Below are positions 54,300 to 64,000 of a stretch of DNA of 64,000 bases, piece after piece. The stretch covers positions 186,001 to 250,000 of the forward strand of contig NIVC01000647.1 of assembly GCA_002269645.1 (NCBI GenBank), written 5' to 3'. Below the pieces are notes generated by a model. The model saw only the letters and a program-made list of their open reading frames with translations. It was not told where the DNA came from and did not search any database. Position 1 is the stretch's first letter, and every line of letters starts with the position of its first letter. This stretch comes from Macrostomum lignano. Lineage: Eukaryota. Made by a program: the position numbers and the translations under genes.

Positions 54300-54640
54300 G
54301 CTCCACGACAAAATTGCAAAAAATTGCGACTAGTGGGCTTGGGAAAGCAAGGCGCCGGTGAGGGTCGACTGACTGAAAAATCGATAACCCCTCACCCCTC
54401 ACTCCAAAATTGGGGCTGGTTGGGTTGGAAGGCGGGTCGCGGTGAGGGTCTGACTGAAAAATCGATAACCCCTCACCCCTCACCCCAAAATTGGGGCTGA
54501 TTGGGTTGGAAGGCGGGTCGCGGTGAGGGTCCGACTGAAAAATCGATAACCCCCTCACGGCCCTCACCCCAAAATTGCGGCTAGTGGAGTTGGAAAGCGA
54601 GGCGTAGTGAGTGTCCGACTGAAAAATCGATAACCCCACC
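54300..54640. repeat. 81-bp tandem repeat (about 3.5 copies) between the divergent Rho-like and 4TM genes
   Basis: Unit contains GACTGAAAAATCGATAACCCC. Confidence 0.88.
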
Positions 54641-54957
54641 CTTTTAGCCGTCACTCAACCATCCAGTCTAGTGACTCTACGATTGTTATAGTATGTGCAC
54701 ATTGTGCAGTGTAATGTATAACATGTTTCTGAATGAATCATCCCTAACTCGCAGAGTTCCAGTTAGACATGGCACGTGTACTTTAAGTAATTAATCAATC
54801 AAATGATATGAGGTCGCTCTGAGCCATAGACAACTTCGTCATTCTACGAGTCATTTCTGACTCTAAGTAAAGGTAGAGCGCAAAACTTACCCGTTAACAA
54901 AACTGGCTCTTCTTGAACATATGCAAGTTTAATTAAATTTCCTCTACATAGAAATTG

Positions 54958-56734
54958 ATGGACAGTCCAGCCAACCAGGAGATTCCGCTGCCGTACGTGT
55001 TCTTCACCAAGTCGAACATCCCTCATGACCCTTTGGACAGGGTTCCTGGCCTGCGCAAGGCCGATTCCTCGTCTTCGGGAGGCGGCGGCGGCGGCGGCAG
55101 CGGCAGCGGCGGAGGCAGCTCCGGTAGCGGCTCAGCAAGCGGTGGCCTCTTGGCGGCTGCTGGCACAGCCGGCGGAGCAGCGGCCGCCAACGCCGAAGAC
55201 CACCTGGCCTCTGGTGGACGTTCAGCCAGTGGTGGCAGCAGTGTCAACGGCGGCGGCGGGGCTGGCGTAGTAGGCGGAGGAGGCGGAGGCGCCGCACAAG
55301 ACGACGCGGATCAACAGTTGACAACCGGCGCTGGAGCGGCTGCTGGTGCGGCGACAGGGACGGCGGCGGCATCGACAGGTTCTGCTGCGCAGGCTGCGGC
55401 GGCAGCTGCCGCGGCCGGAGCTTCGGCCTCGTCGAAAGGCGAGAGGCCTCCGATTATGACGCCGGATGAGAGGGCGTGGAACGATCGATTGATCAATTCG
55501 TTCCAGACTCAGCGCTCTCTCATCGACGCGATTGTGCTGGCGCCCAGCGGTGTGGTCATCGGCACCCTCGGCCGTCGGGTGGAGGGACGCGTCAAGGACA
55601 TGGACCCGGGAGCATGGATCGGTGAGTGTTAGTGAGGCTGCATCGGAGGTCCTTGACTCGGGGATGCGGTGCGTACACGAGCGTTCCACAAGCTTGAAAG
55701 ATGTCAGCTTAGCACAAAATGGAGGCGGCGGTTTTCAATGAGAATTCGATGCAAATTATTTCTGCAAATTATTCACAAGTTGAACATGTTTTTACAAACA
55801 AAGTCAGCTATTACTGAACATATTTTCAAGAATCAATATAGAATTGTTAATAATTCAGAATAGGGATCCCCATAATTGAAGTCTGGGTAGATTAAATCAA
55901 TCCCCATGCAAAATCTCCCCACCCTAAAACCCCCAATTCCTCATGCCCTGTTTGTTGGCTTTAAACTACATGTACTCGGGTTGAAGCTAGATAAAAATGA
56001 GGCTTAAATTTGAGTTCAGCATCATAAAACTGCAACGACGACTAATATTTTTGACTTTCTAACCTTGAGGGCTGCATGGCCTTGAAGACTTATTTGCACT
56101 ATTATTGACCCGAGTTTTGCTTGTTTCTACAACCCCAAGGCTGCGTGTGCCTGCTGCTGATGCTGGCCAACCTCCTCATGATGCTGTGGGCCACATTCAA
56201 CGGATTTCTCTACTTCCGCGTCATCCGGCCTCTGGGCGGGAAATTCACCGCAGACTTTGTGAAATCCTACAAAGAGGACAACATTACTAGCATTGAGTAC
56301 AGCGTGACTACAGTGGTCTCTCTGTTCATCATACAGTCGCAAATCACTTTCTATTCTGACAAGACCGATCAGGGGTTTGTTGTCAGCCTGTTCAATAATT
56401 CAAATCTGCAGCGCAGCTGGGAGAGTCTGACTAACAATATTGTGTACATCTTGACTGAGCTGCTGCAGGGCCGCCAGACTCTGCACTCCGGTGAGATCTC
56501 AATGGTAAAACTTTAATAAGTTGGGCTAAAGGAGTCGGGAATTAGTTAGTCAGTTAGTCAGTCAGTGAGTTAGTTAGTTAGTTAGTTAGTCAGTTAGTCA
56601 GTCAGTCAGTGAGTCAGTTAGTCAGTTAGTCAGTCAGTTAGTTAGTAAGTTAGTTAGTTAGTTAGTTAGTTAGCTAGTTAGTTAGTTAGTTAGTTAGTCA
56701 GTTAGTCAGTCAGGCAGTTAGTTAGTTAGTTAGC

Positions 56735-56770
<36 letters not shown>

Positions 56771-57000
56771 CAGTCAGTCAGTCAGTCAGTCAGTTAGTTA
56801 GTTAGTTAGTTAGCTAGTTAGTTAGTTAGTTAGTCAGTTAGTCAGTTAGTGAGTCAGTTAGTTAGTAAGTTAGTTAGTTAATTAGTTAGTTAGTTAGCTA
56901 GTTAGTTAGTCAGTTAGTCAGTTAGTGAGTCAGTTAGTTAGTAAGTAAGTTAGTTAATTAGTTAGTTAGTTAGCTAGTTAGTTAGTTAGTTAGTTAGTTA

Positions 57001-57033
<33 letters not shown>

Positions 57034-57505
57034 CAGTTAGTCAGTCAGTCAGTAAGTAAGTTAGTTAGTTAGTCAGTTAGTCAGTCAGTCAGTCAGTCAG
57101 TTAGTTAGTCAGTTAGTCAGTTAGTCAGTCAGTTAGTTAGTAAGTAAGTAAGTTAGTTAGTTAGTTAGTTAGCTAGTTAGTTAGTTAGTTAGTCAGTTAG
57201 TCAGTCAGGCAGTTAGTTAGTTACTTAGCTAGTTAGTTATTTAGTTAGTTAGTTAGTTAGTTAGTCAGTCAGTCAGTCAGTCAGTCAGTCAGTCAGTTAG
57301 TTAGTTAGTTAGTTAGTTAGTCAGTTAGTCAGTCAGTCAGTAAGTAAGTTAGTTAGTTAGTCAGTTAGTCAGTCAGTCAGTGAGTCAGTTAGTCAGTTAG
57401 TCAGTCAGTTAGTTAGTAAGTTAGTTAGTTAGTTAGTTAGTTAGCTAGTTAGTTAGTTAGTTAGTTAGTCAGTTAGTCAGTCAGGCAGTTAGTTAGTTAG
57501 TTAGC

Positions 57506-57541
<36 letters not shown>

Positions 57542-57771
57542 CAGTCAGTCAGTCAGTCAGTCAGTTAGTTAGTTAGTTAGTTAGCTAGTTAGTTAGTTAG
57601 TTAGTCAGTTAGTCAGTTAGTGAGTCAGTTAGTTAGTAAGTTAGTTAGTTAATTAGTTAGTTAGTTAGCTAGTTAGTTAGTCAGTTAGTCAGTTAGTGAG
57701 TCAGTTAGTTAGTAAGTAAGTTAGTTAATTAGTTAGTTAGTTAGCTAGTTAGTTAGTTAGTTAGTTAGTTA

Positions 57772-57804
<33 letters not shown>

Positions 57805-58180
57805 CAGTTAGTCAGTCAGTCAGTAAGTAAGTTAGTTAGTTAGTCAGTTAGTCAGTCAGTCAGTCAGTCAGTTAGTTAGTCAGTTAGTCAGTTAGTCAGT
57901 CAGTTAGTTAGTAAGTAAGTAAGTTAGTTAGTTAGTTAGTTAGCTAGTTAGTTAGTTAGTTAGTCAGTTAGTCAGTCAGGCAGTTAGTTAGTTACTTAGC
58001 TAGTTAGTTATTTAGTTAGTTAGTTAGTTAGTTAGTCAGTCAGTCAGTCAGTCAGTCAGTCAGTCAGTCAGTCAGTTAGTTAGTTAGTTAGTTAGCTAGT
58101 TAGTTAGTTAGTTAGTCAGTTAGTCAGTTAGTGAGTCAGTTAGTTAGTAAGTAAGTTAGTTAATTAGTTAGTTAGTTAGC

Positions 58181-58214
<34 letters not shown>

Positions 58215-58384
58215 TTTAGTTAGTTAGTTAGTTAGTTAGTCAGTCAGTCAGTCAGTCAGTCAGTCAGTCAGTCAGTCAGTTAGTTAGTTAGTTAGTTAGC
58301 TAGTTAGTTAGTTAGTTAGTCAGTTAGTCAGTTAGTGAGTCAGTTAGTTAGTAAGTAAGTTAGTTAATTAGTTAGTTAGTTAGC

Positions 58385-58434
<50 letters not shown>

Positions 58435-58493
58435 GTTAGTTAGTTAGTCAGTTAGTCAGTCAGTCAGTCAGTCAGTCAGTCAGTCAGTCAGTC

Positions 58494-58568
<75 letters not shown>

Positions 58569-58577
58569 CAGTCAGTC

Positions 58578-58624
<47 letters not shown>

Positions 58625-58666
58625 CAGTTTGTTAGTTAGTTAGTTAGTTAGTTAGTTAGTCAGTTT

Positions 58667-58708
<42 letters not shown>

Positions 58709-58783
58709 CAGTTAGTTAGTTAGTTAGTTAGTTAGTCAGTCAGTCAGTTAGTTAGTTAATTAGTCAGTCAGTTAGTTAGTTAA

Positions 58784-58816
<33 letters not shown>

Positions 58817-58822
58817 CAGTTT

Positions 58823-58860
<38 letters not shown>

Positions 58861-60448
58861 CAGTTTGTTAGTTAGTTAGTTAGTTAGTTAGTTAGTCAGT
58901 CAGTCAGTGAGTCAGTTAGTTCGTTAGTTAGTTAGTTAGTTAGTCAGTCAGTCAGTTAGTTAGTTAGTCAGTCAGTGAGTCAGTTAGTTCGTTAGTTAGT
59001 TAGTTAGTTAGTGAGTCAGTCAGTTAGTCAGTCAGTCAGTCAGTGAGTCAGTTAGTTAGTTAGTCAGTTTGTTAGTTCATCTAAATCAGCTGACCTGCAG
59101 CTAGAGAGGGGCAAGAAGTCATTGTCATTTTGAGCGCACGGAAGTATTGATGCAGCAGTTTAAGATTCCAATCTTTCACGTTGCAGCCGATGGCCCGGGC
59201 TTCTACCTGGATAAAGGCCCCCGCATCGACACCGCCATGGTGCCGCACTGTTTTCAAGAATTCAACGCGCTGAGAGATGCCTGGTCCAGCGTCTATTACA
59301 GCTGCATCGTGTACGTGGTCGCCTCCATAGCCCAGCTGTACATCGCAGCAACTGAGGTTCTGTTCAAACGAATCGACGACTTTGCCGACGAAAGAGACCG
59401 GCGCCTGTCGCCGGAGCAGATGCGGGCCCGCATCACCATCGGTCTGGAGGGCGTGGCCGCTCTGCAGCGGGTCTGCTTCTTCTCCAAGCTGGTGCTGGTG
59501 ATGCAGGTTGGAGTGGGTCTTTGAATGGGGTTTATTCTGCAGGAGTGACTCACACAGGAATGATTCCCATAGGAGTGAATCACACAGGAGTGACTCAGAC
59601 AGGAATGACTCCCATAGGAGTGACTCACAGAGGAGTGACTCACAGAGGAGTGACTCACAGAGGAGTGACTCAAGTGACTCCCACAGGAATGACTCACACA
59701 GGAGTGACTCCCATAGGAGCGACTCACAGAAGAATGCCTCCCATAGGAGTGACTCCAATAGGAGTGACTCACACAGGAGTGACTCCCACAAAGAGTGATT
59801 CCGAAAGGAGTGATTCCCACAGAAGTGACTCACACAGGAGTGACTCACACACTAGTGACTCACATAGGAGTGACTCAAGTGACTCACACAGGAATGACTC
59901 ACACAGGAGTGACTCGCACAGGAGTGACTCGCACAGGAGTGACTCGCACAGGAGTGACTCGCACAGGAGTGACTCACACAGGAGTGACTCGCACAGAAGT
60001 GACTCACACAGGAGTGACTCGCACAGGAGTGACTCACACAGGAGTGACTCGCACAGGAGTGACTCACACAGGAGTGACTCGCACAGGAGTGACTCACACA
60101 GGTGTTTATCTCATTTTCAATATTTGGAAAGAGCAATATTTCATTACTAAAATCTCAACCCCTCATCAGGCTCTGGTGATCGTTCTGTTTCACAGACTCC
60201 TCATCGCCATAAAAAATGTGGAATACAACACCAGGCACATGGCCAATCAGCTGGAGAATGCCGGCCTGCCCACAACAGACGTGGATCTTTCATCGGATTT
60301 AGTGTACTTTAGCCTAATCTGCGCCACTATGCAGTGCCTTAACTTCTTCTGTTTTCACACTCTGGCTAGATATTATTCCAATATCGCTATCACCAAGGTG
60401 CCCAAGGTGAAGCTGGTGCCATCACAGGATGAGTCCTATGTCAGCTGA
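54958..60448 (+). CDS. Uncharacterised four-pass membrane protein, about 537 aa
   Basis: Exons 54958-55621, 56140-56490, 59187-59506, 60170-60448 (GT-AG, phases 1,1,0; 1614 nt). Gly/Ala-rich N-terminus, four hydrophobic segments, large first loop with NIT/NNS sequons. Confidence 0.75.
56542..59076. repeat. 2.5-kb (TTAG/TCAG)n microsatellite with higher-order duplications (4TM gene intron 2)
   Basis: Direct reading; 771-bp period visible (56590 vs 57361, 57000 vs 57771). Confidence 0.97.
59540..60102. repeat. 15-bp minisatellite GACTC(A/G)CACAGGAGT (4TM gene intron 3)
   Basis: Direct reading. Confidence 0.95.
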
Positions 60449-60591
60449 GCAGGGGCCTGACGGTTGTAATCAAAGCTGACTGCTTATTTTTAATGTTCCT
60501 TGCACTGATAAACACTGTTTAACCAGATCTTGTTAATGAATTCTCTGACGATTGTTTGTTGCAAACCTCGGGACTTCAGAGCCTGTTTCAT

Positions 60592-60890
60592 CTCTAATCT
60601 CTTCCCACCCTCTATCCCACCCCTTCTAATCTCTTCCCACCCTCTACTCCCACCTCATATAATCTCTTCCCACCCTCTATCTCACCCCCTCTAATCTCTT
60701 CCCACCCTCTATCTCACCCCCTCTAATCTCTTCCCACCCTCTATCTCACCCCCTCTAATCTCTTCTCACCCTCTATCTCACCCCCTCTAATCTCTTCCCA
60801 CCCTCTATCTCACCCCCTCTAATCTCTTCTCACCCTCCATCTCACCCCCTCTAATCTCTTCCCACCCTCTATCCCACGCCTCTAATCTCT
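60592..60890. repeat. 32-bp CT-rich minisatellite CTCTAATCTCTTCCCACCCTCTATCTCACCCC
   Basis: Direct reading. Confidence 0.93.
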
Positions 60891-61299
60891 CGTGTCTCTT
60901 AGACACAATTTGTATCCCATACTCTGTTACCTTAGCGGACAAATGTATAAAAAATAAACGTTATAAACAAAGTGAACTTCGGAGACGTTTTTGTTGATTA
61001 AAAGTATCAAGCTTAGTATGGGCTACAGAGGGTCATGCAAGCGAGCTTATATTTACAATTCCCGATTACAGTGCAGTGATAATTATTAATAATCAGAATA
61101 ATAAATTCATGAATTGCTTGTGCGCGCGAAAGCTTTATGGGATCGGATAGTTGAAGAGAAGCGACGCCGAACTCCAATCGAAACATCAATTCTAACTTGA
61201 ACAAGACAGCTGGTTCAGGAAGTTCGATAAAAACAAGTTTAAAAACTTGCCGGTGTACAAAATGGTAGAGCAGAAGTAGTGTGCTTAACATTGTGCTAC

Positions 61300-61460
61300 A
61301 GTGGGGGAGTGATTGTTCAGTAGCGGGTGTACATTGAGGGGAGTGACTGGTCAGTAGCGGGTGTACACTGAGGGGAGTGATTGGTTAGTAGCGGGTGTAC
61401 ACTGAGGGGAGTGATTGGTCAGTGGGGGTGTACACTGAGGGGAGTGGCTGGTCAGTAGTG
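61300..61460. repeat. 34-bp minisatellite GGGGAGTGACTGGTCAGTAGCGGGTGTACACTGA
   Basis: About 4 copies; shares GTGTACACTGAGGGG with 62835-63355. Confidence 0.85.
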
Positions 61461-61748
61461 GGTTCGGAAACTTCGCAATCGATAAGACCAGAAGTGATTA
61501 ATGTTTGGCAAAGGACAAATTTGAAAAAACCGTTGATATAAGATTTACATTTTTATAAAAATGGCAGCATAGCACAGGTGAGTGTAGCTTGCAAATGGCC
61601 CAGCAACAAACACAAATATAAATATAAGGCACACAAGTAATTTTACGTTAAACATATTTGCCCCGCAGTATTGGAAGCGCCAAGTACAGCGTGTATAAAA
61701 TATTGATTGTTTCAAAGTTCTAACACCCGTTGAGGGCATGAGTTTTCA

Positions 61749-63959
61749 TTAATACAGACCCAGCGCTTTCTTCATCTCCAGCCTCCGCCAGTCGTTCAGC
61801 CCGGCGAATTCGTGCCGGGTCATGCTGAACGCGCTGGCGAACTCTGCATCGTCTAGGTAGACCTCCAGACGGCCGGGGTCCACGCCTTCGGGTAGCGGGC
61901 GCTGCTGCAGCCGCTCCAGAGTGAAGCTCAGATTGTTAAGCCGCTCGTGCACCAACTGCAACTCCTGGGCCGGGTGGCGCGGCGCCCCGGTGCCCAGGTC
62001 CGGCTCCCAGCTGGGGAACAGGTGCCGAAATGCAAGCGGCTCGGAGCCGGCGAATACCAACAGCTGACGGTTGGCGGGGATTCCCAGCACTGGGAGAGGA
62101 ATTGGGTTTGTGTAGCTATTTTTAGAAACACTGCCAGAGGAGGGATACCCTAATGGGGTTTGTGTAGCTATTTTTAGAAACACTGCCGGAGGAGGGATAC
62201 CCTAATGGGGTTATCCTAATGGGGATACCCTAATGGGGTGTAGCTATTTTTAGAAACAATGTCAGAGGAGGGATACCCTAATCAGAGTTTGTGTAGCTAT
62301 TTTTAGAAACAATGTCAGAGGAGGGATACCTAATCGGGGTTTGTGTAGCTATTTTTAGAAACAATGTCAGAGGAGGGATACCCTAATCGGGGTTTGTGTA
62401 GCTATTTATAGAAACACCGTCGGGGAGGGATACCTTAGTCGGGGTTTCTGTGGCTATTTTTATAAACTTTTTCGAGGAGGGAATCTGGCAAGATATTTTC
62501 CAAGTATTTACAGTAACTCGTTTAAACTAGGGATTCCCAGCAACTTTTAGAAAACATGGGACTAACTTTTTCCATAATTAATGGCGGTAAACAGCACTGC
62601 GCGCTTTTCTGCTTCGAATCGAGTCAGCGATGAGCCGGCAACCCGGCTGCTGATGGCGGCCGCCGCAGCTTGGGCCTCCGCATCTGCGGCCGAAGTGGCG
62701 GCCGATGCTGCAGCAGCTGTCGCGGCCGCCGCCTCGCTGGGATTCCAGCCCTGCCACAGAAACAGCCGGCTGCCTGCGTCGAACAGCACGAAGGCTGAAG
62801 GAGGAGCGGAATGTGGGTTTGAATTAATGTACAGTGACTGGGGGGTTGAGCGAGTGTACACTGAGGGGTGGCTGGCACGGGGTTGAGCGAGTGTACACTG
62901 ACGGGGCTGGCGGGGGGTTGAGCGAGTGTACACTGAGGGGTGGCTGGCGGGGGTTGAGCGAGTGTACACTGAGGGGTGGCTGGCGGGGGGGTTGAGCAAG
63001 TGTACGCTGAGGGGTGGCTGGCGGGGGTTGAGCGAGTGTACACTGAGGGGTGGCTGGCGGGGGGGTTGAGCGAGTGTACACTGAGGGGTAGCTGGCGGGG
63101 GATTGAGCGAGTGTACACTGAGGGGTGGCTGGCAGGGGTTGAGCGAGTGTACACTGAGGGGTGGCTGGCAGGGGTTGAGCGAGTGTACACTGAGAGGTGG
63201 CTGGCAGGGGGTTGAGCGAGTGTACACTGAGGGGTTGCTGGCGGGTGTTGAGCGAGTGTACACTGAGGGGTGGCTGGCGGGTGTTGAGCGAGTGTACACT
63301 GAGGGGTGGCTGGCGGGTGTTGAGCGAGTGTACACTGAGGGGTGGCTGGCGGGTGTCTGCCTACCATTGGCTGGCTGTGGCAGCGCAAGCAGAGCAGACA
63401 GCTGGCAGGGGAACGGGCTGGGCCTATCGGGCTCGTGCCATGGATCGGACACCAGGCTGAACTGCAACTCCCCGCCGCCGCCGCCACCTCCGCCGCTGCT
63501 TCTAGCCGAGGACGCGAACTTATACACTCGAACAGGCGGCGGGTCATCCTTGTCTTTCACTTCGTCGTCTCCGTCCTGTTGAATGTCCAGCTGGGCGCCA
63601 GGTCTCCCAAGAGCGGCCAGGAACGCCCCGGACTCTCCCCCAGGCCGCTCCGTAGCCCAGCTGTCTGGCGGCACCGGCCGACCCTCGAAGCCCATCTCCA
63701 TTGGGGTGCCGGCCGCGAATTTCTCAGCCCGCTGCCTGGCTAGCTCTCGGTACCAGGAGGCGGTGGCTGAGCCAAGCCACAGGTGACCCCGGCCATCGGG
63801 CAGCAGCAGCAGGTAGCAGCCGCGAGGCCGCAGCGAGTCCGGACTGCGAGGCACCTCAACCAGCAGGCACTCCTCGAGGCGGTGGCCGCGGACTAGGAAT
63901 AGGCGACCGGCCGAGCTGCGGTCGGCGGAGCTGCCTTCAGAGTAGATGATGCAGCTGCC
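61749..63959 (-). CDS. SVIL: Supervillin-like (villin/gelsolin family), 3' part: gelsolin repeats plus villin headpiece
   Basis: Exons 63959-63365, 62794-62567, 62089-61749 (phases 0,1,1). RLFLVRG, SLRPRGCYLL, FDAGSRLFLWQGW, AGSEPLAFRHLFPSW, and headpiece LPEGVDPGRLEVYLDDAEF..F.M...F..L..WRR...KK..GLY. Gene continues beyond the window end. Confidence 0.85.
62100..62460. repeat. About 53-bp minisatellite (last SVIL intron)
   Basis: Unit GGGGTTTGTGTAGCTATTTTTAGAAACAATGTCAGAGGAGGGATACCCTAATC. Confidence 0.88.
62835..63355. repeat. 36-38-bp minisatellite TTGAGCGAGTGTACACTGAGGGGTGGCTGGCGGG (SVIL intron)
   Basis: Direct reading. Confidence 0.95.
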
Positions 63960-64000
63960 CTGGGTAAGTTGCGAGTACATTGGGGGTAGAGGTTTAGATT

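Noticed and set aside
59081-60150. SDSHR / GVTHT repeat ORFs, one reading into the last 4TM exon
   Set aside because: 15-bp minisatellite within intron 3; the in-frame path from exon 3 stops at 59524.

Overview
Eukaryotic (metazoan) genomic DNA with GT-AG introns, GC-rich low-complexity exons and very dense intronic mini/microsatellites. The overall style suggests a free-living flatworm such as Macrostomum (inference, not proven). Manually spliced genes: junctophilin (+, 10 exons, 3497-20706); a co-oriented + strand housekeeping cluster FAM98 - ATP synthase epsilon - DNLZ/Hep1 - small Cys-rich ORF - PhyH-family dioxygenase - DDOST/OST48 (28111-50100); an intronless atypical Rho-family GTPase (-); an unassigned four-TM protein (+, 4 exons); and the 3' end of a supervillin-like gene (-). 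Mobile DNA: two tRNA-derived SINE families (one CORE-like), a truncated RTE-like LINE with a 15-bp TSD, hAT and Harbinger-type MITEs with TSDs, and a mariner relic. Top leads: (1) DNLZ has no usable ATG and opens in frame at a 3' splice site, as expected if a flatworm spliced leader ending in AUG supplies the start codon within an operon-like cluster; (2) a repeat copy in an AT-rich, CpG-poor block shows strongly directional C>T/G>A decay; (3) the Rho-like protein has degenerate nucleotide-binding motifs; (4) 15 of 21 introns carry their own tandem array, including a stop-free 3n intron and an intron with about 60 AATAAA motifs. Most long ORFs in the supplied track are artefacts of tandem repeats.
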